A stretch of 63,288 bases of DNA, filler included, from Choristocarpus tenellus KU-1152 (Eukaryota; Protista; Phaeophyceae), in NCBI GenBank assembly GCA_964200185.2. It is 10 parts of 10 records of this genome, joined end to end, with 100 filler letters (N's around TTAATTAATTAA, not from the genome) between each part and the next. Parts side by side here need not be neighbours in the genome. Positions count along the whole stretch, not along the records: positions 1 to 5,188 come from CAXNAD020011574.1; positions 5,289 to 14,908 come from CAXNAD020003530.1; 8 more parts are not named here. One strand, written 5' to 3'. Below, piece by piece: positions 1-12,449 of the stretch; position 1 is the stretch's first letter, and every line of letters starts with the position of its first letter. The translations under genes and the position numbers were made by a program. The notes beneath the pieces were generated by a model. That model saw nothing but the letters and a program-made list of their open reading frames with translations, was not told the DNA's origin and did no database searches.

Positions 1-586
1 ACGTGCGTTCATCTGTGAATTGGATTTGACTTGTACATCCTGGAAAGGTGCGCATTGAGGGGCGCCTGTAACACTTCCTCACGAACCCAATGCGCTGCCC
101 CCACCCATAAACCCATCGTCATCCTCGTCACCTGACCTTTCATTGTCTGACTGGTACTAGAATTCCTCGAGCAGCTGGTCTTTCATGTCCTCTAGTATCG
201 CATTGACTAGTTTATCGTTGTCTTCCACACCAATCCACGCTCTCGCTGCGTTGATAGAAGCTTGAGACGGTTTTCCGCCAGGTCTGAGGGGCAAAGCATC
301 AAGAACATCGGAAAGAACCTCATTAATATGTAGGGACACCTTGTGGGACGTACCTCTAAGAGCAAAATGGTCACCCATGATACTACAGTACACAGTATAG
401 ACATAGAGTACGAGAGTTTTTACTATTTATGTATTATTTGTAGTTATTATCAGGTGGTACATCGTTGCCAGTTCCATTTTATACGATCATATTGGTGATA
501 CTTAAGAAGGGAATAATGCAAGTGAGAGATCCAGCATACTTGGCGACTTGCGCGTCAGGAATCCTTTATGTGCATCATCGCCATCT

Positions 587-765
587 GGCTCAAAGTATCT
601 GTAAGGGGGTGGCAACTGTCCATTTGGGGTCAATTTTTTAATGTCGTGATTTTTGGGTGATTTGATTGCATACGTCGGATGGTTATTGTAAATACACTTT
701 TCCTGATTTTGACCCAAATGGACACCATGCTGTAAACCCCCCACCCCTCCCAGATACTTTGGGTC
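587..765. mobile_element. MITE family B (~180 bp, TIR GGCTCAAAGTATCTG...CAGATACTTTGGGTC), representative copy
   Basis: TSD ATCT here. Other copies: 16111-16290 (TSD ATAT), 28991-29267, 36157-36335 (TSD TCTA), 52086-52278 (TSD TTGA). Lone ends at ~25474, ~31406, ~38420 and ~55071. Confidence 0.9.
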
Positions 766-2190
766 ATCTATCTAGGCTTGTGGGCTGGAGGTATACATCC
801 TGTGGAGGTAAGCTTCTGGAGCGTGCTGTAACAGAAGGATCTTAACACGAAGCACACTCACCAGGTCTACAACTTGATCCTCGCTGTCATCGCTCCTGAT
901 GTGAAAGTACTCAACGATGGGCGACATCCGCGTACCAACCCAGTCTGATCAAGACGGCCAAGAAATACGACATCAAGATTGACACCCTCAGATCTTAAGC
1001 AATTAAACACACATAATTCATCCGCAATAGGGGACGTTTCACTGCTATGCCTATATGTGGTGTTGGAGAGTCATCTCCCACTTCCGACACCCACGACATA
1101 GGGTCCTCTGAACCACCCCCTACCAGGCAAGTAAGGTTGTCCACCTCAATAGAACAAGATTTTTCGGGCAGGGTTCAAACCCAGAAACCTGACACCTCCG
1201 TAAAAACCATATCTTGGACCAGGGTTCGAACGCGGAATATCGTATCCGAAACACTCCGCAAAAAATTGAACACATAACCAAAAAGAAAACAAACAACATC
1301 CGCCACTTACTCCAACGTTCCCTCCCCTTTTCGACCACGAGGAAGGAAAGGGTAAGGATATTCGGCAAGACAAGAGACAGATCCTCGTGATGGTTAGATG
1401 TGCAGCACCCTGAAACACACATCCTTGGCCTAAAAGTATGGGAGAGCAATAGCACGGCCATGCCCCACGACCCGATAACTTCCCACGATTCCGCCAAGGG
1501 AATGCACTCCTTGACCCTAACACCACCAATAAAAGGGTGTGCCACTCAGGGTACAGATTGGGACCGACGACAATGTTTACCCAAACTTCGAAAAGAGGCT
1601 TAAGATAGAGGCAATATCTGGACCGATACCCTGCCTGTCCACATTCGTGAAGTGAAGACCCTTCTACATTACCAAGTCCACTCAAGAGTGTGTCGAGAAA
1701 CACAACCGTTTCATGTTAATGTTCCAACCAACCTACAACATAGGACCACACAAACGCTCAACACATTCCATAGTACTACCACCAACTCAACCGCCATATA
1801 TGTTTCAATTTTACCCTGGCCCATTACAACAAAACAATCGGGAACCTCCCTACCTTATCTCTTGCGCATTGTGCAGGACATGCATATGCGTTCACCACAT
1901 GACCAGCGACCTATTGGTCAAATGCTTAAAGGAAAACTGGAACAAAGTACACTCGAGGACAGTGGTTGGTGATGTCGGCCAATACACTTGCACCCGTACC
2001 TGCGACTTCTGTGGCAAGGTCAAAGGATGCGGTTCTGAAGATGTTAAGACTGCACTCGAGAGCGCTTTCCATATGATGGGTTTCCTCCTGTAAGTAGTGT
2101 TATGCTGGTCCGTGAAGCTACAACAACGTCCAACTAATGCTAACCACGACAACATACAACAACATCCAAACAAAATAGCTGCTCTCAATC

Positions 2191-2449
2191 GAGCCAATGT
2201 AACTTAGAGGGTAGGGTCGCGTCCGTTTGGGGGCCAAAATCCAATGTTGCGATTTTGATGTAGTTTTGGTTACCGTGTTTGTTCGGAAGTGTCAGTATCC
2301 TTGTTCCGGACACACCTTTTCATAACGTATACATTCGAACTACTTCGAAACATTTTGGAGTGGGAAAATGTCACTAAAAAAAAACACGGGAAGCTAGCCC
2401 CAAATGAACAAACAGGGCAAAGCCCGTACCCTCCAAGATACTTCCACTC
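2191..2449. mobile_element. MITE family A (~255 bp, TIR ~GAGTGAAAGTATCTTAGAGGGTA), representative copy
   Basis: TSD AATC on both sides. Other copies: 2597-2853, 3785-4043, 4951-5188 (cut by gap), 27010-27360 (with insertion), 30361-30619, 31544-31609 (partial), 37758-38014, 51459-51704, 63009-63236. Shared core gtgtccggaacaaggatattgacacttcctaacaaa. Confidence 0.9.
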
Positions 2450-2869
2450 AATCCACGTTTTACATATATATGTCCGTGTAAACGTGTGCAAATTGCCCCT
2501 GATCCTCACACATACAATACCATATATCATGTCTAAGTCGGGACGAAAAACGAAACCCCCCACCACGATTCAAAAACTGACCGGCTAGGTGTTAGAGGGT
2601 CAAAGTGTGTTAGAGGGTAGGGCCGCGTCCGTTTGGCGGCCAAAATCCAATGTTGAAAGTTTGATGTGTTGTGGCTATCATGTTTATTAGGAAGCGTCAA
2701 CACCCTTGTTCCAGACACACCTTTTCATAACATAGACATTTTACCTACTCCAAAACACTTCGGAGTTGGAAAATATCATAAAAATACTGTGGGAAGCCAA
2801 ACCCCAAACGGACAAACAAGGCAAAACTCGTACCCTCTAAGATACTTTCACTCAGAGGACCATCCTAGA

Positions 2870-4560
2870 GCCCCTCGGTGAGCAGTCCACGGGTCGTTCA
2901 GAAGGTGGTTGTAGAAGTTCTTGTGTGGATAGTACATTCAATGTATACGACCAGACTAACCATTCCATGTGGAAGTGCCCTTGTATGATCAACCTCCACA
3001 GTACCATGGTAACATGTAATGAGTTTGCCTATGTATACACCTCGATGTTGGAGGGGGACCTGGAAGGAAAGATCTCCAACGAGATCAAGATGTGTGAGGT
3101 GTAGCTATATTAAGGGTAACCCAATAGCACCATATGTCATGAGTCAATATGTCATTTGTGTTTTCAGTTGTGTTTTTCCCTGTTGGTTAATGTGAGATGT
3201 AACCGCCATTTACTACGATTCAGGGTTTTGGAGTTGTTGAGTGTAGGGATGTACCGAGAAATCTCAATACTATTGTAAATATATGTACCGAAAAAAAAGT
3301 CAGGATGTCGAGTGTATGGATGGGGGTACCAACCTTGGTGACGACAGTCTGTCCAGGAGGAACCTTGCGGTCCCTATGGAGGCGTCCCTCTTCCTCCAGT
3401 GTTGGATCCCTCAACGTGCACTGTGTCTTTGTCGCCTTGATTGTCTCCAACCAAGGATGAGGTTCCCGGCATCTGTACCCCGTTTAGTTCAAGCCTCCTG
3501 GCGGCTGACTTCACCACAGCTCCAACTCCACCTGATATGGACTTTCTGTGGCACGAGGAGAAGAAGTTGTGTACGACTGTGATCCCCATCCTTGCAATTG
3601 CTTGGGAAACCCACCACATCTGCCACCGGTTTTTGAATTGACTTCCACATCCATCAGACCAGATGTGGAGGACATCCAGGGTCTACTCATATTCCCGGTC
3701 CAAAGGTTTTAGGTGGTTGCTGAGAAACATCTCCACAGCGTTCTGAACGAACTCATTGTCCTGGCTTTGATCTTCGCTACATATGAGTAAGAGTATCTTA
3801 GAGGGTATGAGTTTTGCCCTGTTTGTCCATTTGGATGTTGGCTTCCGAGGGTTATTTATGCGATATTTTCCTAATCCGAATTTTTTAAAATAGATTCAAT
3901 GTATACGTTTATTAAACGGTGTGTCCGGAACAAGGATATTGACACTTCCTAACAAAAACGATAGCCAAAATTACATCAAAATCGCAGCATTGAATTCTGG
4001 CCCCCAAACGGACGCTGCTCTACCCTCTAACACACTTCGATTCTGTCGTAGTGCTGTGAGCCCAGATCCTTCCCTTCCCTAGATTTCCCCCTTCCCTCGT
4101 GTCCCTCGAGTGCCAAACAATGGTCACGGGCTCTGTCAACATGAAATTGAAGAATTGTTGTTGTGTCAAGTCCTGGTGGTTGTGTGGAAGTTAGGAACTG
4201 AAGTCAATGGACATGGCAGTGTGACCTTTTGGGAGGCGGGATTTGCAATGCTTATACTGTCGTGCCTGCCAGATGGTCGTGTTGTGATAAAGGAAAAAAA
4301 AAATTGTGGAAGTTGGTGAAGAAGACCTAAAGGAGTGTGGGGAACCCCTCCGTCCGTGGGAATAGGACCTGATCGTACAGAGGGAGCAGTAATTCCGGTT
4401 AGTGTTATTGGAACAAGGGGCACGTTCTTACTAGTAACATGTTTACTGTTGTGGAAAACCGTGTGTTTCTCGAGTCTGTGGGAAGGGGTTTAATTCCTGT
4501 GGGATAAAGACATCGTCACACATGCGGTGTTCACCACCCCTTTGGTGCTGACAATATACT
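2870..4560 (-). mobile_element. Degenerate Sola2-like DDD transposase, interrupted by a MITE at 3785-4043
   Basis: Ordered motifs GHTAMSIDFS...HQD..QQQFF (~4225-4145), SEDQSQDNEFVQ, LHIWSDGCGSQFKNR (~3670-3625), HNFFSSCHRKSISGGVGAVVKSAARR, matching the Sola2 pattern DF.EN / SDG..SQFKN / FF..HGK..DG.GG..K. Confidence 0.7.
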
Positions 4561-5188
4561 GAGGTTTCGCCTCCTGTTATCCTTGTCTGAATACCCTGTG
4601 CCATCTTCGTTGTTATTCTCTTCGGTTGTTGTCCTCCTTGAGTTGGAGTTCGACTCACCCGCAATGCAAGTGGCGAGGATAAAGCCGTCAGTCATGGGAT
4701 TCTTGGCCCTGAATACGGCATACTTTGCCTTGATCCTCTGGATCATGTCATCCTTCGTTGTGCCGTTGGGGGTGATGAGGCCAAGACGAGAGGATAGTGC
4801 CTTTGACACGGCAATTGAAGACAGGGACGGTGTGCGGCGTTAGTGGGCAATGTGTTAATGAAATCACTGTGTTAAAAAAAAGAAGATATATCGATCCTTT
4901 CTAATCTGTCCAATACTGCAATAATAGGGGAGAGTATGAATTGTATATGAGAGTGAAAGTATCTTAGAGGGTACAAGTTTTGCACTGTTTGTCCATTTGG
5001 GGCTTGACTTCCCTTGGGGTTTTATGACATTTTCCTACTCCAAAATATTTCAGAGTAGGTAAAGTGTGCGTATGTTATGAAGAGGTGTGTCCGGAACAAG
5101 GATATTGACACTTCCTAACAAACACGATAGCCAAAATTATATCGAAATCGCAACATTGGATTTTGGCCCACAAATGGACATGGCTCTA

Positions 5189-5288
5189 NNNNNNNNNNNN
5201 NNNNNNNNNNNNNNNNNNNNNNNNNNNNNNNNTTAATTAATTAANNNNNNNNNNNNNNNNNNNNNNNNNNNNNNNNNNNNNNNNNNNN
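5189..5288. other. Artificial contig linker (N-run, TTAATTAATTAA, N-run)
   Basis: The same linker, which has stops in all six frames, also starts at 14909, 25533, 28685, 31444, 38448, 43763, 53202 and 55992. Confidence 0.98.
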
Positions 5289-5296
5289 GGGGTGTG

Positions 5297-5354
<58 letters not shown>

Positions 5355-5799
5355 CGGAGGAAGACGCCTTCAATGCTTTAACAAGTTGCTTACCTGTAAC
5401 TCTAACCCTATCTCAAGACAAACAGAATCGTACCACACCATACTAGACATAGTACCATGGTTTGATTACACTGCCAAAAAAAGGTTTCCGAAAAATGACT
5501 ACAAAAATCAAAACGCCTTCCACTTGTGGTTAGAGTCGTCACTCTGCCCCTGGCATGACAATAAATCCTTCCCTGGTGTATAAATTGGACACCCCCATGT
5601 CACCCATCTGTTCTTCAACAGAAACGTATCTCTCCACCCCTCCCCCACCCCCTCCCCTCCCTCCCTTCCTCTCCCACCAACACGTGTATCACACATTACT
5701 TACTCTGTTCTTCAGAATTTCATTCCCTTATCCTCTTTTTTCTTTCTCTCTTTCCCTGTATCATACTTCCCACCCCCCCTCCACCCCACCCCCCCCAAC

Positions 5800-6097
5800 C
5801 TTGTTGATGACGAACACCAGGTGCTTATGGGAGGCGTTCTTCTTGAGATGCCTCTCAAGGTGTGGACAGCGCGTTCCGGGAACATTCCTCGCATCCAGCA
5901 CCTGTATCACCACGTCCGAACAGTCCAACACCTGAACCAAACAACAAAACCATATAATTATTACAAGTATACTATTACATCTATTACATACATGGTCACA
6001 CACACACACACACAATAACTTTACACCGATGACTACAGAAAAAGAAGAATATAATCACCACAATAACTTTAAAAAAAAACACTTACACTTTACACTT

Positions 6098-6136
<39 letters not shown>

Positions 6137-9100
6137 CTCATTCTTTTAAAAAATAGGCAGGTCTCTTGAGAGGCAGATCCTTCACACGCACATAAAGCAA
6201 ACGCGCTCCACTGGCGCAATCCAATCCTCCACGACTTGAACATAAACATACTCCCATCCCAAACAAAATTTAGAAAGAAAAAATAACTTGAGCCTTGAGA
6301 ACAAAGACCAGGTGCACAACACTCAACACACAGACAACACTCACTGCCATCCCCCCCCCACCCCCTTGGATCACAAACCTTAATGCAACAGCATTTGTCT
6401 TGCCCTAACCAAAGGATACACACCTGCTAATAAATCAAATACCTACAGCAACTTGAGTCCCCTAAGTCCAAGTCCAGGTCCAAGGTGAGGTCTCAGTCCA
6501 AGCTCATACACCAAGCCCAAGCCCAAGCCCAGTTCCACCTAAAATATTGCCACCTAACATATAGAATGTCCATATACTCACCTTGTACAACTCTGCCCAA
6601 ATTCGTCTGCTCTGACCCTTCTCAAAGAGCTCTGATCGTCTTATGGTTCTCTCTTCCCACTCCTTGGGTGCATTGACATCACCCTCCCCATCTCCATAGG
6701 CCTCACACCCAGCCTGATGACACACAATTGGACCAGAGCCAGGGTGCATTAGGGTTACATTAATATCATGTTGAAGTTCATAAAAAAAAAATTATTTCTA
6801 GTTTTTGGTCATTTTTTGTGTGACAATCATATATTACCGAAGGCACACTCATAATAATAAAAATATAATTTCCTACATTCCCACACACACACATATACAT
6901 ACGCCTATACATATTCATGTGCAAATAAACCCTAACCCTAACTCCAAGACAACAAAAAAAACTACACCTACCAACATCACTTGATTGGATAGAGGAGCAC
7001 TGAGAGTAACGGCAAGGGAGGGGGAAGGGGGGACTTGTCAAGAACAATTCTTGAACATTTGTATGATATTGAAATTGTCTACACTATGAAATCACTCCAA
7101 CAAATCTCTATAAATATATTGGCAAGGCGTGCGGTGATACCCTACCCAACACGCCACCAAAATACAAAAAAAGTCATAGTTCATCAGAGTCTACTCTGCC
7201 CCTCTGCCCCCCCCCCCCCCCCCCCCCCCTTTCTCTCGTGACCTCTTTTTTTTTTGGCCTATAAAAAAAAAAAAAAAAAACTTTCATACATCCAAGCATT
7301 GACCAGGGCCAAGGGTCAAACTTTTCAGAACATACATTACACTGGCACTGGCTCCAATATAAAATGTACAGAAACTTTACACCCAGTCAGAGTTCACTAC
7401 AACCCTGTACATTCCTACCAGAATTGTCCCCTCGCCCCCACTGCTGTCTTTCCTCAACTCCCCACTCCCCTGCCTCCTCCCCACAAGAAGTGCCGATTTT
7501 CTGATTTCATCATTATCAATCAACACCCACTGCAAACCAAACTCAATCCTAGCCCAATTCCTCACCTCTGCCTTTGCCAGCAGACTAGACAGGTCGCTCA
7601 CACCCCCAGACAGCTTAGGACGCTTGCGGCGACGGCCTCCCGTGAGCACATCCGCATAGCTCTCCGTCTCCAGCAGGTTCATCTTACCAACCTGCAACAC
7701 CATTATGATGCATCTCACATTAGAAATACAACAAGGAGGTACTTTGGTACAAAAGAAACCACACACACACACATGGTCCAGACACTTCAGTGTCTATAAC
7801 GGACACATAACTATCACATGAACTATCCTAACTCTCTCATTCCAGGACATTCAACAGGATACCTGAGACGTAAACACAACAGGAGACACACACATCATTT
7901 CCTCTCTCCCCCCAACCAAGCTCAGCCCCCTCCCCCCTCAACCTCGACTTAAGATCAGACCAACCCTGTCTCTACATCAGTGCATCCATTGGTCAGGTCT
8001 GTGTTATCTCTCTTCTTGAATCAACTCGCCTTCGCTGGCTCTTGGAGCAGTCCCATGGGAAGCTTCTTCCTCCGAAGAAGCACACTGTACGGATCAGAGC
8101 TCCTGAACAATGAAAGGAAAATGACACACAAAAATTAAAAAAATTAAATAAAAAAAAATTGGGAAGAAAAAGAAAAGAGAGGGGCGGGTGGGTACCCCCG
8201 CACACACGGTAAGAGAACAGGAACATCAAACACGCAACAACCCGATCTCATTCACAGAGCACAACAACAGTGAGTCCACTCTTCAAGAAGCAAGGGGTCT
8301 TATTTCAAACAACAAAACATCATGCTGTGCTTTGTTGTCTGTTTGCTTTTTTGCGTCCCCAACAACATCGCCATCGCCATCGCTGCCGGTGGGCGCAAGG
8401 GCAAACCGAAATGGAGCAATGATCAAAGAACCGTGTTAACACCCCAGCACACCACACACAAGCCGTCAGAGTAAGTTGGAATCACCAAAACCTCTACTAG
8501 GGCCGTAGGTGGGGACAGGGTGGGCATCCAGGGTTTCGTAAGTCTTGCATTGTCAGGTGCGGAGGCGTAGCCCACAGACAAGCTGGAGAGCGGCGAGTCC
8601 TGGAGGGCTTCAACCATCAACACCAGGATGCTAAGTGTGGAGACAAGAAGTGTTGTCAACAGTCAACAGCAAAGTGTGCACTCATTTTTTTATATTTGTG
8701 CACCTGCAACGATGCTCTTGATTGCCAACATTAGAGATTACAGTACAGTTGTCCTCAGCACAGTAGTTGCACATCAAACACGCACATACCCTGGGTGTCA
8801 TCCATTACATCCAACAATTTATAGAATCTATTTTTAATGAGACTACGTGTCGTTCACATGATGCGAGGGGGTCTATATTGAGTTTTCAGCAAAGCATCAC
8901 CATCAGAACAAAACCAAGGATCCTCGATGTTCAAAAATCGAGTGGGTTCATCAAGCCAAAGGTGCTAGTTACTAGGTCCAAGCAATTGAGGTCACCAATG
9001 CGCTAACCCTAAACCTAACCATGACCTCACAGCACACCACTACAGGATGTTGTCAAGACGGGCACAAACAGATTCTCTGTCCCATTTTAGGATGTGGACA

Positions 9101-10409
9101 TGCGTTATCTTAGCAGCCCTGGCAGTCAAAGGGCAAAGAATCTCAACCCTTTTCTCACACATTCAAGCTCCGGAAAAATTCGTTCACCCCACTCCTAATC
9201 TCAAAGAGCTAATACTGCCTTTCAAATCCATTGCTCCAACTAACCTTGTCGTCATCTCCTCTCTGAACCTGTCCAGCTCCTCCTGCTTGATTACCCGTGT
9301 GTTGCCAAACCACCGACGGTCGGGGGCAACACGTCCTGTAGGGCAGATATATATTGAAGCAGAAACGGATGTAACAGTATGCATGTTGTTGGCGTAAGTT
9401 AGAAAGAAAAAGGGTCTGAGTGTGTGTTCATGGTCGTGGGGAGGGGAGTGTGGATAGGTATGATGGGTAGGCATGGATCGTGGGTTGAGCAAGGATTACC
9501 TGATTATGAGTCAAAAGTGGTGGTACACCAAACTCAGTAGATGTCTTCCAGTGTCGAATGTGGAGGGATAACAAGGCTAGGAATCTAATGCTCTATTCTA
9601 AAAGGGTATACGAAGGAAAGCAAGGTATGGAGTGACTGCCTTCTATATCCACAATCCCATCGTTCCTATCTAAACATCAATTAGGGTATATGTGTGTTTA
9701 TATGTTTGTTTCTGTGTTCTATTTACCGAAACCCGCGCGTCCCACCCACCTGTGGCCCCGGTAATGGGTTGGTCTCCCACCCGGTTTCGCATCATGTAAG
9801 ACCCTCCAACAATAGTTCCCTTCTTGTCGCGAATAGGCTTGCCACCCTTGTACATATTGATGCGATTGATCGTAGCCTGGGGTGTGGAAAGGTCAACAAA
9901 ACTACGTTTAGGACATCTGAGTTGATAATGAGAGGGTATAGTAGACGTCAACACCTCAGGTCAATTCACAAGTCTTGACGACAGTGTGTCGTCTGTCGAA
10001 ACGTCCCTGCCGTACGAGATCCTCCAGCATCCATCGTCACCATTTCGGGGTAAAATACAAGATCGAAGCAGGGCCAAATACCGTATCTGTCAGACTCGAA
10101 CAAGAGACCAAAATGGGATCCGACCACCCAGAAGACCTTCTCTACCGTTCCCAACGAACACACACAATAAGATTAAGTCGGGTAGCACCACCGCTGTTCC
10201 CAAAGACAAACGCGTGCGGGCCAGATATTTAGCCGCTGCAGTCAGCTTGTGAACACACATTCCAAACCTTGCAATCATATGTGCCACGTTACCTTATCGC
10301 GCAGACTGCCTCCTTTCTGCTTGACCCCTGCCGGATTCCGTTGGGGGTTGGCCGACGATCCCGACTTGGACCGCATATTGAACCCCTTGTGCTTCGGCTT
10401 CGGCGGCAT
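5800..10409 (-). CDS. NOG2: Nucleolar GTP-binding protein 2 (NOG2/GNL2), 5' part, 7 exons; 3' exons lost at the contig gap
   Basis: In-frame spliced exons 10409-10293, 9876-9750, 9335-9245, 8102-8030, 7691-7566, 6713-6582, 5931-5800 give [75 protein letters not shown] and [10 protein letters not shown], the NGP1NT and circularly permuted GTPase signatures. Confidence 0.95.
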
Positions 10410-11727
10410 GATGACAGCGCGGGGAGGTCTGGTTCGACTGGGACTAGAAAGAACTGGTTGCACCCCTACCTGGACTCCAGTTGAGCCCAGCTATCTACGC
10501 GTAAGACTCTCTTCCAGCGCTCCTTCCTCTCCTCGACTGTTTAAGTGGCCTTCTTCTGAAAATAGTGTTGGCTAGAGAGCTGAAGGTAGATGGATGCTCT
10601 GGTAGTGTATAGATAACTAGGTACACACCTAGTTGTAACTTTGAAACACTACACAGACAACATCCACACACCAATAAGTTAAGGGTTAGGGTATACAAAA
10701 CTTAGAATTAGGATTATGGCTCATTTTAGGAGGGGTACCTTATCCTGAACCTCAGTGTTAATTACAGAAGAGGTGGGTTGGGATCTGTTTAAACTACCCA
10801 GGTGAGCAATATTAGGTGTTGCAAGACGGGGATCAGTGTGTAGTTCCAATTTTTTCTGTCTTGAATATTGCGTAATCGGTAGAGGAGGCCAGAAGAACAA
10901 GTGAGGAGGCGGGACAAGGTTGTGTGGGACTTTTTTGGGGGACTGGTAGTTTCTTCAGTCCTTGCGCACAAACATGTTGTGAGCTTTCGACGAAAAAAAC
11001 AGTCTGATGATGCAAGGGAAATAGAAGGCACATATTTTCTCAATGATAAGCAGCTTAGTGCAGGTGGAAGTTTATGATTGCTTCTCCCAACGTTTGAGTA
11101 ATCTGGTCCGATGGAAATAGACCAGTGGCCCAGAGACCAACTATGTCGGGGAACTCATCCTCTGACACAAGCTCATCTATGATTGTTCATATCCAAACAT
11201 TTCCCCCCCACCACTTATGACCTAGCTTTGCCCCTGAAGTTCATCGTTGAGTCTCTGTCCAATTGGTTCTCTTCGTATAGGAGGTAAATGAGGGAATATA
11301 TGTGTGTGTATTGACTTGTCCCGTTATGGAAACAATGGGCTCTTGTCGTGAGACTCTGTCGACCCCCCTTCTACATTTGTACTTTTTCTGGGGAGGATAC
11401 GGCTGCAAAATGTGGTCGGGTCTTCAAACGAAACACCTCCCACTTTTCAACACCATGATCCGTGTGAAAGACGCGACCACACCAGGCCTTAGTGATAGTC
11501 ATGCACCAGTTGCAGTCCTCACTAGACCTCCCAAAACTTCCCTGCGTGCCTGCCTCCCATCCAGTCAGATACTAGTCTCGACCGTGCTCTAATATCTCCG
11601 CCCGTTTTCCCCCACGGTCCTGATCCCCAGCAACTCTAAAACCAAAAACCGTCCCACTAACCCCACCGCGCAATATATCCATAATTTTTCTCCTGTTGCT
11701 TTGATGCAGAAAAAAGAAACCTCCACC

Positions 11728-11883
11728 ATGACTGCCACCAAGGTAATTTCGTCAATCTGGCGGGAAGCGGGGATTGGCATCGGCTTAGGATTGGTCGCAG
11801 CAACAGTTTATTACCAGGCCGTTTCGGCCAATGATGCGAAGAAGATCAAGGCCTTCTACAAGAAAGAAGAGTCGAGCGACTAA
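11728..11883 (+). CDS. Cytochrome c oxidase subunit VIc/Cox9/plant COX5C-like single-TM microprotein (51 aa)
   Basis: MTATKVISSIWREAGIGIGLGLVAATVYYQAVSANDAKKIKAFYKKEESSD follows the family pattern S-x-x-(K/R)E-x-x-IG-x-x-LGL...K-x-x-x-FY. ATG is in a ccaccATG context with a likely 5'UTR splice acceptor just upstream. Confidence 0.6.
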   Translation: MTATKVISSIWREAGIGIGLGLVAATVYYQAVSANDAKKIKAFYKKEESSD

Positions 11884-12449
11884 TTTTTCAATTGGAAAGG
11901 GAGAATATATTTTTGTGTCTGTTTTAAGGAGGCCACTGAAAATGAGCCCTGGTCGCAATCATCCCCAGCCCTAGTCATTCTCCAAGAAGAGATGTGATGG
12001 AGGGATTGGTTGCTCAGCAGGATCCGGATTCAAATCCATTAAGGAAAAGAAACTGCACAGAAGGATGGAGAAGGGCATTGCATGTGCCGGCATGCTAGCA
12101 GAGTGAGGGTGAATCTATTGACAACCATTGCCATAGTCTCTTTTCCGACATCCTTGCTTTCATTTCTTTTTGCATTCTTTTTTAAGGAGATACAGGAGCA
12201 GAAGTGTGATTGTCCCACTTACAACTAGGTGCATTCAGACTTCGTAGGCAGGAGTAAAGTGTTGCCCAACACAGAATGCTTCGACAAAATTTGTTGTGAT
12301 TGTGCTACGCCACTGGGGGCACGACTATGTTGTGAGTAGTCTGATGAAGGATTTGTTTGCAGTGGGAATGTGTTTGCTATCCTGTTCCTCTTATTGACAA
12401 TGATTTCAAAGAGAAGAGTGGGGACTAGGGAATTTTGAACAAGGATCCT

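Noticed and set aside
157-393. Possible transposase C-terminal fragment (AWIGVEDND)
   Set aside because: No catalytic motif visible; too short to call.
880-2100. Cluster of overlapping 100-185 aa ORFs
   Set aside because: No splice structure or motif recognised; probably a decayed repeat.
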